Under the pieces are notes generated by a model. That model was not told the DNA's origin. It did not search any database and was given only the letters and a program-made list of their open reading frames with translations. A stretch of 64,000 nt of DNA from Thermoanaerobaculia bacterium. Its GTDB lineage: Bacteria > Acidobacteriota > Thermoanaerobaculia > Multivoradales > UBA5704. The position numbers and the translations under genes are program-made. Of this stretch, positions 8,600 through 19,073 are shown in pieces (position 1 is the stretch's first letter; each line of letters starts with the position of its first letter). Location of the stretch: assembly GCA_044226625.1 (NCBI GenBank), contig JBGAGQ010000003.1, forward strand, positions 96,001-160,000, in the 5' to 3' direction.

Positions 8600-10168
8600 C
8601 TAGGGGCGCTCCGGTCGCGCGTCCATCGGCGCCTCCCCTTCCTCCCCTTCGTCGACGTCCGCAAAGTCGGCTTCGGGGAAGAAGTGGAGCTGCCCCTGGA
8701 GCGCGCGCGGCTGCCGATCGATCGGCGCGAGCCCCTCGATCTCCTCGCCCGAGGTGGCGCCGTACTCCTTGAGCTTGCGCGCCGCCGGCAGGACCCGGGT
8801 CTCGAGCGATCCCACCGCCTTATTGTAGGACTCGATCGCCCGCTCGAGCCCTCCCGCGAGCGAGCTGAAGTGACCGGAGAGGGTGCGCAAGCGATCGTGC
8901 AGGACGCGCCCCAGACGGCTGATCTCCAGCGCGTTCTTGGTCATCTGTTCCTGGCGCCAGCCGTAGGCCACCGCCCGCAGCAGCGCGATCAGCGTGGTCG
9001 GGGTCGCGAGGATCACCCTCTGCTCGACGCCCGCCTCGATCAGCCCGGGGTCCGCTTCGAGCGCGGCGGAGAAAAAGGTCTCGCCCGGGAGGAACAGCAC
9101 CACGAACTCCGGCGCCGGCTCGAACTGGCTCCAGTACGACTTGGCCGACAGCTTGGCGAGATGCCCCCGCACCTGCGCCGCGTGGCTCGCGAGGTGCATC
9201 CGGCGCGCCTCTTCGTCGACCGTCTCGATCGCGAGCAGATACGACTCGAGCGGCGCTTTGGCGTCGACCACGATGTTCTTCTCGTTCGGCAGGCGGACGA
9301 TCAAGTCGGGACGCACGCGGCCGTCCTCGATCGTTCCGCCCACCGGCTGTTGGTCGAAGTCGCAATGCTCCAACATGCCGGCCATCTCGACCACGCGGCG
9401 CAGCTGGATCTCCCCCCAGCGGCCGCGCGCCGCCGGCTGCCGAAGCGCCTGGACCAGGCGCGAGGTCTCGACGTGCAGGCTCTGCTGGGTGACGGCGAGG
9501 CTGCGCAGCTGCTCGGCGAGGCCGCCGTAGGCTTTCTCCCGGCTCGCCTCCAGCTCGCGAATCTTCTCGTCGACCTTGCCGAGCGAATCGGCGAGCGGCC
9601 GGACCAGCTCGCCGATCGCCTTCTCGCGCGCGTCGAGGTCGCCCCGCGCCCGCTCCTGGAAGACCTCTAGGTTCTGCCGCGCGAGATGGAGGAAGGCCTC
9701 GTTGTTCTTCGCCAGCGCCTCCGCCGAGGCCGCGGAAAACGCCTGGCCCAGTTGCTCGCGCGCCCCTTCGAGCAAACGCAGCTTCTCGCCCGCCGCCTCG
9801 CGCTCCTTGTCGAGCGCCGTCTCCGCCTCGGCGACGCGGGCGCGCAGGTCGGCCAGCGCGCTTCGCAAAGCGTCGGTCTCGCGGTCGAGGCTCTCGGCGT
9901 CCGCTTCGAGCTCCGGGATGCGCCGCGCCTTCTCCTCGAAGGTGGCGCGGCGGCTCGATTCGTCGAGCAGCTCGGAGCGCAGCCGGTCGATCTCCCGAGC
10001 CTCCTCGAGCCGCGCGCTCCTCTGCTCCGCCGCCTCGCGCTCGCGCGACGCGAGGCGCTCTTCGAGCGCGGTGCGCTCGGCGCGCGCGAGCAGGCGGGCG
10101 ATCACCCACGCGAGCGCCGCGCCGACGAGGATGCCCAACGATCCGAAGACGAACGGTGAGGCCGCCAT
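8600..10168 (-). CDS. rmuC: DNA recombination protein RmuC
   Basis: N-terminal TM, long coiled coil, RGRWGEIQLRRVVE, RPDLIVRLP, VDAKAP, EFVVLFLPGE, ATPTTLIALL. Confidence 0.95.
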   Translation of the reverse strand: MAASPFVFGSLGILVGAALAWVIARLLARAERTALEERLASREREAAEQRSARLEEAREIDRLRSELLDESSRRATFEEKARRIPELEADAESLDRETDALRSALADLRARVAEAETALDKEREAAGEKLRLLEGAREQLGQAFSAASAEALAKNNEAFLHLARQNLEVFQERARGDLDAREKAIGELVRPLADSLGKVDEKIRELEASREKAYGGLAEQLRSLAVTQQSLHVETSRLVQALRQPAARGRWGEIQLRRVVEMAGMLEHCDFDQQPVGGTIEDGRVRPDLIVRLPNEKNIVVDAKAPLESYLLAIETVDEEARRMHLASHAAQVRGHLAKLSAKSYWSQFEPAPEFVVLFLPGETFFSAALEADPGLIEAGVEQRVILATPTTLIALLRAVAYGWRQEQMTKNALEISRLGRVLHDRLRTLSGHFSSLAGGLERAIESYNKAVGSLETRVLPAARKLKEYGATSGEEIEGLAPIDRQPRALQGQLHFFPEADFADVDEGEEGEAPMDARPERP

Positions 10169-10174
10169 CTCGTC

Positions 10175-11968
10175 CTAGATGCCGAAGCGCTCCATCTTGA
10201 TCGCGAGGCCGTTTCTCGACAGGCCGAGCATGCGCGCCGCGAGCGACTTGTTGCCGTGCGACCGCCGGAGCGCCTCGCGGATCGCCGCCTGCTCGGTGAT
10301 CCCCACCAGGCGGTCGAGGTCGAGGTCGGTGGTGCCGTCGACGCGCGCGGTCTGGAGCCGTCCCTTCCGCACGCGGTCCGGCAGGGAGCTCAATTCGACC
10401 GGGCGCCCAGCCGGGCAGAGGTAGACCATCTGGCGCGCGATCCCTTCCAGCTCGTCGAGGTTGCCCGGGTAGTCGTAGGCCAGCAGCGCGGTCATCGCCT
10501 TGACCGTGATCCCCGCGAGTCGGGTGCCGGTCTCGTGGCAGAACCGGTTGACGAAGCTCTGGATCAACAGCGGCAGATCCTCTTTCCGGTCGCGCAGCGG
10601 CGGCACGTCCACGGTCGCGCGCGAGAGCCGGTAGGCAAGGTCGACGCGGAACTGATCGCGGGCAACCGCCTCTTCGAGCGGCGCCGAGCTGCCGACGACC
10701 AGCCGAACGTCGACCGGCGTCGCCTCCAGACCGTCTGCGGTCTCGACCTCGCCGGTCCGCAGGAAGCGCACCAGGCGCGCCTGCACGTCGAGCGGCAGCT
10801 GGTCGACGTCGTCCAAGAACAGCGTCCCACCGCTCGCGAGCAGGAGCTTGCCCTCGCGGCGGATCGTGCCGTCGCGCCCGGCGAGCTCGGAGCCGAACAG
10901 ATCCGCTTCGATCGCCGCGGGCCGCGCCCCGGCCGCGATCGCGGTGACGAACGGTCCCTGCCGGCGCGGACCGGAACGATGCAGCGAATGGGCGAGCATC
11001 TGCTTGCCCAAGCCCGCCTCGCCGCGAAGGAGGACCGGAATCGACGGATCGATCGCGGCGCGTAGCTCGTCGAGCATCCTCTTCATCGCCGGCGATTCGC
11101 CGATCACCAGGCCGGCGTCGAGCACCAGGTCCTGCTGGCCGAGCGAGCCGGGCAGGATCGGTTCGAACGCGCCGACGTGATGGATCAGGCCCAAGGCGAT
11201 CAGATGGCCCGCCGCGCGCAGCGCGTCCGAGACGGCCGGCGCCTCCGTCGGGGAGAAATTCGGCAGCGCCGCGATCAGCCGGTACGAGCGCTCGACCGCC
11301 TGGAACGCGTGATGGGCGATCCACGCCGGATTACCGTCGAGCGCGCCGAGGAACCCCCCGACGCGCGGCCCGCGATCGACCACCTGGTCGAGCAGCGCCT
11401 CTCCGCTCGAAAGCCAGGCCTGGTCGGTCGCCACCGCGAGGCGGATCGCCGAGCGCTCCCCTTCGCCGACCAGCAGGAAGAGGACTCCGCCGCCGAAGTC
11501 GCGCAGCAGCTCCCGCACCAGCGATTCCGAGGTCACCCGGCTCTCGGTATCGGCGAGCGTCCAGTCGCTCAGGCGGGAGAGATGGCCGAGCATCCCCTCG
11601 GCGGTGATCCGCGCCTCCAGCACCTCTTTCGGCGCCGGGGCCGAGGGGCGAGGGCTCTCGGCCGCCACGTCCTCGACCAGCAGCGTGACCGTGCCGACCC
11701 GGATCTCGTCCAAGACCTCGAGGTCGGCTTCCTTCACCCGCTTGCCCGAGACCATGGTGCCGCGGCGGCTGCCTAAGTCCTCGATCTTGAGCACGCCCGC
11801 CTCGTAGCGAAGCCGCGCGTGCTGCTGCGCCACGCCTACGTAATCGAGGGCGATGTCGCAGTTCGGGTGGCTCCCGATCAGGAGCTCCGGTCGATGCAGC
11901 GGGTACCGGTGGACCCCGTCGGGAGCGTAGGCGACCAATCGCAACATGGATCCGACAGCATACGCCAT
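10175..11968 (-). CDS. FHA-domain, sigma54-activator-like AAA+ regulator with Fis HTH (degenerate GAFTGA)
   Basis: FHA (IGSHPNCDI...VAQQHA...DLGSRRGT), Walker A GEAGLGK, GGTLFLDD, FRVDLAYRL, YDYPGNLDEL, HTH GNKSLAARMLGLSR. Start may be ATG 11947. Confidence 0.88.
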   Translation of the reverse strand: MAYAVGSMLRLVAYAPDGVHRYPLHRPELLIGSHPNCDIALDYVGVAQQHARLRYEAGVLKIEDLGSRRGTMVSGKRVKEADLEVLDEIRVGTVTLLVEDVAAESPRPSAPAPKEVLEARITAEGMLGHLSRLSDWTLADTESRVTSESLVRELLRDFGGGVLFLLVGEGERSAIRLAVATDQAWLSSGEALLDQVVDRGPRVGGFLGALDGNPAWIAHHAFQAVERSYRLIAALPNFSPTEAPAVSDALRAAGHLIALGLIHHVGAFEPILPGSLGQQDLVLDAGLVIGESPAMKRMLDELRAAIDPSIPVLLRGEAGLGKQMLAHSLHRSGPRRQGPFVTAIAAGARPAAIEADLFGSELAGRDGTIRREGKLLLASGGTLFLDDVDQLPLDVQARLVRFLRTGEVETADGLEATPVDVRLVVGSSAPLEEAVARDQFRVDLAYRLSRATVDVPPLRDRKEDLPLLIQSFVNRFCHETGTRLAGITVKAMTALLAYDYPGNLDELEGIARQMVYLCPAGRPVELSSLPDRVRKGRLQTARVDGTTDLDLDRLVGITEQAAIREALRRSHGNKSLAARMLGLSRNGLAIKMERFGI

Positions 11969-12002
11969 GCGCCGCTTCGGGAAGAAAGGAGGGCCCCCCT
12001 CC

Positions 12003-12011
12003 TGCTATCCT
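12003..12011 (+). promoter_or_regulatory. Extended -10 promoter (TGcTATCCT) for probably leaderless hemE
   Basis: TATCCT at 12006-12011, 8 nt before ATG 12020, no SD in between. Confidence 0.5.
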
Positions 12012-12019
12012 TCGCCGCG

Positions 12020-13126
12020 ATGTCCACCGCCACGTCCACCGCCCCCTCCGACGCCCCGATCGCCGGCTCCACCGGCCTGTCGTCCGCCTCGCCCTCCCCC
12101 CCGCTCGCGAACGATCTTTTCCTGCGCGCCGCGCGCGGAGAGAAGGTCGAGCGGCCGCCGGTCTGGATGATGCGCCAGGCGGGGCGCTACCTGCCCGAGT
12201 ACCGGGAGGTGCGCGCTCCGATCGATTTCCTAACCCTGTGCAAGACGCCGGAGCTCGCCGCCAAGGTGACGATCCAGCCGGTCGACCGGCTGGGCGTCGA
12301 CGCGGCGATCCTGTTCGCCGACATCCTGCTGCCGCTGGAGGCGATGGGCGCCGAGCTCCGCTTTGAAAAAGGAGACGGCCCGGTCTTCCCCTCGCCGATC
12401 CGTCGTCGCGACCAGATCGCCGGCCTCTCCCGCCCGGACGTCGCGGGCACGCTCGGCTACGTCTTCGAAGCGCTGCGGACGGTCCGCCGCGAGCTCGCCG
12501 GCCGGGTCCCCGTGCTCGGTTTCGGCGGCACGCCGTGGACGCTCGCCTCCTACCTGGTCGAAGGGGGGACGTCGAAACAGTTCGCCCATCTGCTCGGCTG
12601 GAGCTGGGAAGATCCGGACGGCTTGAAGCTCCTGCTCGACCGGCTCGCCGAGGTCTCGATCGATTACCTGCTCGGGCAGGTCGACGCGGGAGCGCAGGCG
12701 GTCCAGCTGTTCGACTCGTGGGGGGGGCTGCTCGACCTCGAGCGCTGGCGGCGGATCTCCCGCCCGTCGATCGTCGCGATCGCCGAGGCGCTCGCCGGCA
12801 AGGTGCCGGTCATCTTCTACGTACAGGGGGGGAGCCACCTGCTCCCCGGGCTCGCCGAGCTGCCGGTCGAAATCCTCTCGGTCGACTGGCGGACGCCGCT
12901 GTCCGAGGCGCGGCGGATCGTCGGCCCGGACAAGGTGCTCCAGGGCAATCTCGATCCGGCGGCCCTGCTCGCGCCGGTCGACGAGATCGAGCGGCGGACG
13001 CGCGCGATGCTCGCCGACGCCGCCGGCGGACCGCACATCGCAAACTTGGGACACGGGATCTTTCCGACCACGCCGGTCGAGCACGCCCTAGCTTTCGTCG
13101 AGACCGTCCAGGGCCGGCGCGGCTGA
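12020..13126 (+). CDS. hemE: Uroporphyrinogen decarboxylase
   Basis: PPVWMMRQAGRYLPEYR, DAAILFADIL, QLFDSWGG, QGNLDP, NLGHGI. Confidence 0.97.
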   Translation: MSTATSTAPSDAPIAGSTGLSSASPSPPLANDLFLRAARGEKVERPPVWMMRQAGRYLPEYREVRAPIDFLTLCKTPELAAKVTIQPVDRLGVDAAILFADILLPLEAMGAELRFEKGDGPVFPSPIRRRDQIAGLSRPDVAGTLGYVFEALRTVRRELAGRVPVLGFGGTPWTLASYLVEGGTSKQFAHLLGWSWEDPDGLKLLLDRLAEVSIDYLLGQVDAGAQAVQLFDSWGGLLDLERWRRISRPSIVAIAEALAGKVPVIFYVQGGSHLLPGLAELPVEILSVDWRTPLSEARRIVGPDKVLQGNLDPAALLAPVDEIERRTRAMLADAAGGPHIANLGHGIFPTTPVEHALAFVETVQGRRG

Positions 13127-13156
13127 TCGGCTGGCTTCGTTCGGCCCGAAAGCGAG

Positions 13157-13774
13157 CTACTTGAAGGTCCAGGCCTTGCCGGCCGTCCCCTCGGCCACCC
13201 AGGCGTTCGGCATCACCGAGGTGTCCCACTTCATCAGCCGAGTGCGCGCCCCGGCGAGATCCTGAACTCGCACCTCGAGGAAGTTACCCGCGATGTCGCC
13301 GAAGCGGAACGCCCCGGTCCGCTCGATCGAGCCGTCTGGCTGGTAGACCGCCCATCCCTTGGACGCGTTCTCCTGAAAGTTGAACACGGCGTCGCCGCCG
13401 TTCGGGGCGGCGTCGGCCGGCCCCCAGAACCGCACGTCGACGGGGAGCGAGAACCGGCCGACGATGCGGTCGGTCGCGGCGTCGTAGGTGCCGCTCGAGT
13501 TCATGTCGGTAAAGGCGAACACCGTGTTGTCGGTGAAGTTCACTTCGACCCGCACCTGGCGGTTCAGCTTGACCGCCTCGAAACGCGAGAGCGACATCAC
13601 GCTCGTCGTCTGGCGGGCGACCCCGATCAGCTTGGTCTTATGGGTGTAGCGGACCAGCGTGGGATAGGAGAACAACGCGAGGATCAGGACCAGGGAGACC
13701 GTCAACAGAAGCTCGACGATCGTGAAGCCGCGATTGGAAGCCGAGACGGTCGGGAGGCTACGGCGAGTTCGCAT
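13157..13774 (-). CDS. Type IV prepilin-like protein (GspH/FimT-like minor pilin)
   Basis: Class III signal peptide NRG|FTIVELLLTVSLVLIL with E5; FimT-like LSRFEAVK..V.V segment. Confidence 0.85.
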   Translation of the reverse strand: MRTRRSLPTVSASNRGFTIVELLLTVSLVLILALFSYPTLVRYTHKTKLIGVARQTTSVMSLSRFEAVKLNRQVRVEVNFTDNTVFAFTDMNSSGTYDAATDRIVGRFSLPVDVRFWGPADAAPNGGDAVFNFQENASKGWAVYQPDGSIERTGAFRFGDIAGNFLEVRVQDLAGARTRLMKWDTSVMPNAWVAEGTAGKAWTFK

Positions 13775-13875
13775 GGCGGCGTTACCTCGGGTCCGGGGTC
13801 GATGCGGTCCACAGCCCGACGAGGTCGGGCCGTTACGAATCCGCCCGCCGGGGTCGGGCGAGACATTTGCGATTG

Positions 13876-13904
13876 ATTATAAGCCCATCGCCCGGCGGCG
13901 GCCA
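13876..13904 (-). promoter_or_regulatory. Sigma70-type promoter of the prepilin gene
   Basis: Perfect TATAAT (13876-13881) with TGGCCG 17 bp upstream. Confidence 0.5.
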
Positions 13905-13984
13905 GCTGCGCCCGGCGCCGTGCCGTTCCGCACGACGCCGGGAGGCCGGAGCGTCGGGTCCGGCTTGGCCCGGCCGGCACTCGA

Positions 13985-14917
<933 letters not shown>

Positions 14918-15040
14918 CGTGGACGTTCTCCCTTCGGTTCGCTCAGAACTTTACCATCGACCTCGGAGAGCGCCGAGCGCCGGCCCAGTTCGTCCCAAGG
15001 GCGCCGCCGCGACGGCCCTCTGGCCCGTAGAATGCTAGGT

Positions 15041-16495
15041 ATGAGCGGTCGACCCTCCGTACCCATCTTCTTCCTTCTCGCTCTCCTCTCCCCGATCGCG
15101 CCGGGCCGCGCGCTCGCCGCCGATCCGCCCGAGACTTTCCGCGACCGCCTCGCCGTGCGTGAGGCCGAGATCGTCGTCGGCCTCCCTCCGGCGCTCCAGT
15201 TCGAGCGCGACCGCGCCCTCAAGCCGGAGGACTTCGTGGTACGCGTCGACGGCGAGGTGAAGAAGGTGATCCGACTCGCCCCGCTCGCCCGCGACCGCGC
15301 CCCGTGGCGACTGGTGGTCGTCGTCGATCCCGCCCTCGCGCATCCCGACACGATCGTCGGCAGCCTCCTCTCCCTCGCGAGCGAGTCGGACGCCCTCTCG
15401 GCGTTCGGCACCGTCGACCTCGCGACGGTCGACGCCGAAAGCTCGGGGCTCGCCTGGTCCGGACGTGGCCTTACCGGCTCCCAGTCGATCGCTTTCGCGC
15501 TCGCCGAGGTGGCGGGTAAGGCGCGAGCCGACCGGCGGCGCAACGAGCCACGGCGCGACCTGCCGGCGACTGTGGCCGCCGAGCACCTCGGTGCGATCGT
15601 TCGTTTCTTGCTCGCCGATCCCGGCGGTGGTCCGCGGGCGCTCGCCCTCCCGCTCGATCCGATCGCTCCCACGGCGGCGGGTACGGCGGAAGGCACGAAA
15701 GCAGACGGCATCGCCGCGGCCGGCCGCGTGCTCGCCGCCTACGGCTGGACCCTGTTGCCGCTAGGTCTCGACGCAAAAACCACGTTCGGCCTCGACGGCC
15801 CCGGCGTCTCCGCCTACGACCATTGGAACGACACCTCGGTCGTCAGCCGCGGCCTGGACCTGCTCGGCATCGTCCGTTGGCTGCGCGGCAAGCGGGTCGT
15901 ACCGCCGCCCCGAGCCAAGGTGACGATCGAGGCCGAGATCCTCCCGGCGCGGCTCGCCGCGAGCCACCTCGCCGAGGCGACCGGCGGACTGTCGATCGAC
16001 CGCAGCGAGCAGATCCCGCTGACCTTCGATGCGCTCGCCCATCGCTACGTTCTGGGCTACGAGGTCGACGCCGAGCCGAAGGCCGGCGCGATCGTCGCCG
16101 CCTCTGTGGCGAGCGCCCGTGGCTCCTCCCCCGCCGTCGCCCCGCGCTACGTCCGCACCGGGGCGAGCGAAGACCTGGCCGGCCTGCTGCTCTCCGGGCT
16201 CCTCGCGGGCGATCCCCCCCGACATGATTTGCCGGTCCGAGTCGCCGCCTCCGCAGGCCGGATCACCGTCGAGGTCCCGGCGGCCGGGGAGGACGAGACC
16301 CCGCTCGGAGCGCTCCGGATCTCCTGGGCGGCGAAGCGCGACGGGATCGCGCATCACGAGATCGTCGGGGCTCCGGCCGCGGGCGAACCGGCGCTCCGCC
16401 GTGAGATCGCTAGGCCCCCGGGGAGCGGACCCGTCGCGGTTCTCGTCCAGGCGGTCGGCTCAGAGGCCGCCTGGGGCGACCGCCTGAATCCCTGA
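15041..16495 (+). CDS. Secreted hypothetical protein resembling a degenerate acidobacterial VWA-related domain protein
   Basis: Start set at ATG 15041 (signal peptide ...ALA|ADPP; TAGAAT 7 nt upstream). LKPEDFVVRVDG, LAEATGG, YVLGY segments recall VWFA-related proteins. Confidence 0.55.
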   Translation: MSGRPSVPIFFLLALLSPIAPGRALAADPPETFRDRLAVREAEIVVGLPPALQFERDRALKPEDFVVRVDGEVKKVIRLAPLARDRAPWRLVVVVDPALAHPDTIVGSLLSLASESDALSAFGTVDLATVDAESSGLAWSGRGLTGSQSIAFALAEVAGKARADRRRNEPRRDLPATVAAEHLGAIVRFLLADPGGGPRALALPLDPIAPTAAGTAEGTKADGIAAAGRVLAAYGWTLLPLGLDAKTTFGLDGPGVSAYDHWNDTSVVSRGLDLLGIVRWLRGKRVVPPPRAKVTIEAEILPARLAASHLAEATGGLSIDRSEQIPLTFDALAHRYVLGYEVDAEPKAGAIVAASVASARGSSPAVAPRYVRTGASEDLAGLLLSGLLAGDPPRHDLPVRVAASAGRITVEVPAAGEDETPLGALRISWAAKRDGIAHHEIVGAPAAGEPALRREIARPPGSGPVAVLVQAVGSEAAWGDRLNP

Positions 16496-16524
16496 GACCG
16501 TGCGCCGTGGGGCACTGCCCGGTC

Positions 16525-17757
16525 TCATTCGTACCGCAGGGCGTCGATCGGGTCGAGCTTCGCCGCCCGTGCCGCCGGGTAGAACCCCGAGGCGACGCCG
16601 ACGGCGAGCGCCACCCCGGTCGCGAGCACGATCGAGGGGAGCGTCACCACGGTCGCCCACCCTGCGCTCAGCGACACCCCCTTGGCGATCGCAAGCCCTA
16701 GCAGCACCCCGGCGAGACCGCCGAGACCGCTGATCGCGAACGCCTCGGCGAGGAACTGGATCCGGATGTCCTGGCGGCGCGCGCCGACCGCCCGCCGAAC
16801 GCCGATCTCTCGCGTCCGTTCGAGCACGGAAGCGAGCATGATGTTCATGATGCCGATGCCGCCCACCAGCAGGGAGATTCCGGCGATCGCCCCCATCACG
16901 ACGTTGAACAGCCGCTGCGTGCGGCGGTTCTGCTCGAGCAGCGTCTCGGGTACCACCAGGTCGTAGTCGTCAGCACCCCCGTGCAGCCGCCCGAGCAGCG
17001 CGGCGAGCGCGGTGGCGGCGGAAGGCACCTCGATGCCCGGGGCGAGCCGCACGGCGATCTCGTCGAGCGGCGCGGCAAGCGGCTCGCGCTCGAACTTGCG
17101 CTCCGCGGTCGAGACGGGAAGGTAGACCTCGCGCGCCGTCGAGCCGATCGAAACCCCTTCGAAGCTCTCGCCTCCGGTCGAAGCCACGAGGACTCCAACG
17201 ACCGTGAGCCAGACGTCGCCGATCTTCACCGGCCGGCCGAGCGCGGGCTCCTGCCCGAACAGGTCGCGGCGCACCGAGGGCCCGAGCACGCAGACCTGCG
17301 CCGAGGTCGCCTGGTCGAGCGAGTCGAGAAACCGCCCTTCCGCGAGATCGAGCCGGCCGAGCGCCGCCTGCTCCGGCGCCGCCCCCCAGATCACCGCGTC
17401 GGCGCGCGCACCGGCCGCCGAAATTCTCGTCGCATCGAGCTTGATCTTCGGTACCGCGAGCTCGACCCCGGGGATCGCCTCGCGGATCGCCGCCAGGTCG
17501 CGCATCGAGACGCCGAGCGATTTCTTGCGGATCTCGACCGCCGCCTCGTCGTCGAGCGCCCGGCCGCGGACGACGACGTTGCGCAAGCCGAGCCGCTCGA
17601 CCAGGGCGAGCGCCTGCTTCTCTGCCCCCTTGCCGATCGAGAGCATCGCGATGACGGCGCCGACTCCGAAGATCACGCCGAGCGTCGCGAGCGCCGCGCG
17701 GAGCTTGTGGGCGGAGAGGCTCGCGACCCCGGCGCGAAGCGCCTCGCGCGGGATCAC
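16525..17757 (-). CDS. MacB/FtsX-type ABC transporter permease
   Basis: LGVIFGVGAVIAM, ISLLVGGIGIMNIMLASVLERTREIGVRRAVGA, GFYPAARAAKLDPIDALRYE. Confidence 0.95.
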   Translation of the reverse strand: MIPREALRAGVASLSAHKLRAALATLGVIFGVGAVIAMLSIGKGAEKQALALVERLGLRNVVVRGRALDDEAAVEIRKKSLGVSMRDLAAIREAIPGVELAVPKIKLDATRISAAGARADAVIWGAAPEQAALGRLDLAEGRFLDSLDQATSAQVCVLGPSVRRDLFGQEPALGRPVKIGDVWLTVVGVLVASTGGESFEGVSIGSTAREVYLPVSTAERKFEREPLAAPLDEIAVRLAPGIEVPSAATALAALLGRLHGGADDYDLVVPETLLEQNRRTQRLFNVVMGAIAGISLLVGGIGIMNIMLASVLERTREIGVRRAVGARRQDIRIQFLAEAFAISGLGGLAGVLLGLAIAKGVSLSAGWATVVTLPSIVLATGVALAVGVASGFYPAARAAKLDPIDALRYE

Positions 17758-19073
17758 GGCGTTCCCCCGTCGCCTTCGGCGGGGCGCGGCGGCTTCGCGG
17801 CGAGGCCCGGCAGACCGGCCGAGCCCTTCGCCCCTTCCGCTCCGGATCCCGCGCCCCCGGGCACCTCTCCCCGCTCCGGATCGACCAGGGCGACGACGTC
17901 TCCCGCGGCGAGGCCCGACTCGACGACCAGGCGTCCCGGACCGGCCGGCGAGGTCGCGACCTGCACCGGGGTAAACCGGCCGGAGGCGTCGCCGCGCCGG
18001 AACACCACGCTCTTGCCGTCCCGCTCGAACAGCGCCTGGCGCGGGATCGCGAGCGCCCGCGCCCGCCGCTCGAGCACCAGCTCGGCGCGCACGCGCGCCC
18101 CGGGCTTCGCGACCTCCGGATCGGTGCGGGCGAGGTCGAGGTCGACCGCGAAATACTGCACCGGCGAGCCGCGAAAACGTGGTTTCGCGAGCGAGTCGAC
18201 CCGCGCGACCTTCGCCGCGACCGGCCGGCCGGGGCGGGATTCGATCGTCACCGTCGCCGGCTTGCCGACCTCGAGCCCGTCCGCGTCCGCTTCGAGGACG
18301 TAGACCTCCGCCCGCATGACGGCGAGCTCGGGCAGCTCGCCGATCGGCTGGCCGGGAAACACCGTGTCGCCCAGGCGCACCGGCTCGTTGCGGAAATTGC
18401 GTTTGGCGACGAACAGCCCGTCGTGCGGCGCCCGCATCTCGATCGCCGCGAGCCCCTGCTCGGAGCGGCCGATCGAGGTCGCGGCCTTGCGCGCGTCAAT
18501 CTCGATCAACTCGCGCTCGGCCGCCGACTGCGCGGCGCGCAGGCTGCGCGCCGCGGCGGCCTTTTCTTCGCGCGCCTTCGCCAACTCGCGGTCGGCCTCC
18601 GATTCCAGGATCTCGTGGCGCGAAAAGACCTCGGCGTCGCGCTTGGCGAACTTTTCGGCCGCCTCGAAATCGCCGCGGGCGAGATCCGCGTCGACCGTGA
18701 GGTCCGCGAGCGCCGCGCTCTCGGTGGCCTTGGACTTCTTTCGGTTCTCCCCCGCTTTCGCGAGATCGCCTTCCGCCGTCGCGAGCGCGTTGCGCAGCTC
18801 GGTCGGATCGAACGCCGCAACGACGTCCCCCGCCTTGACCCGCGCTCCGTCGGCCGCGAGCCAGGCGATGCGCATCGGCCCGGGCGCCTCGATCGGAACC
18901 GACAGCGGCGTCGCACGGGCCGCTTCGAGGTTGCCTTCCGCCGTCACGCTCCGGACCAGCGGCTCCCCACGCACGACGACGGTCGGAATCGGTCTCGCCT
19001 CGTCGCGACACCCCGCCAGCAGGGTCGTCGCCAGGAGCGTCACGCCGAGAGCGGCCGCCTGCCGGTACCTCAT
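17754..19073 (-). CDS. HlyD/MacA-family periplasmic adaptor (lipoprotein)
   Basis: ATG 19073 (ATGA overlap); lipobox LLAG-C; DGARVKAGD, alpha-hairpin, RAPHDG, KPGARVR. Confidence 0.88.
   Translation of the reverse strand: MRYRQAAALGVTLLATTLLAGCRDEARPIPTVVVRGEPLVRSVTAEGNLEAARATPLSVPIEAPGPMRIAWLAADGARVKAGDVVAAFDPTELRNALATAEGDLAKAGENRKKSKATESAALADLTVDADLARGDFEAAEKFAKRDAEVFSRHEILESEADRELAKAREEKAAAARSLRAAQSAAERELIEIDARKAATSIGRSEQGLAAIEMRAPHDGLFVAKRNFRNEPVRLGDTVFPGQPIGELPELAVMRAEVYVLEADADGLEVGKPATVTIESRPGRPVAAKVARVDSLAKPRFRGSPVQYFAVDLDLARTDPEVAKPGARVRAELVLERRARALAIPRQALFERDGKSVVFRRGDASGRFTPVQVATSPAGPGRLVVESGLAAGDVVALVDPERGEVPGGAGSGAEGAKGSAGLPGLAAKPPRPAEGDGGTP

Noticed and set aside
6666-11324. Long Arg/Gly/Pro-rich alternative ORFs (e.g. 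6666-8603, 8820-11324; likewise 34645-37632)
   Set aside because: Shadow frames of real genes, expected in high-GC DNA.
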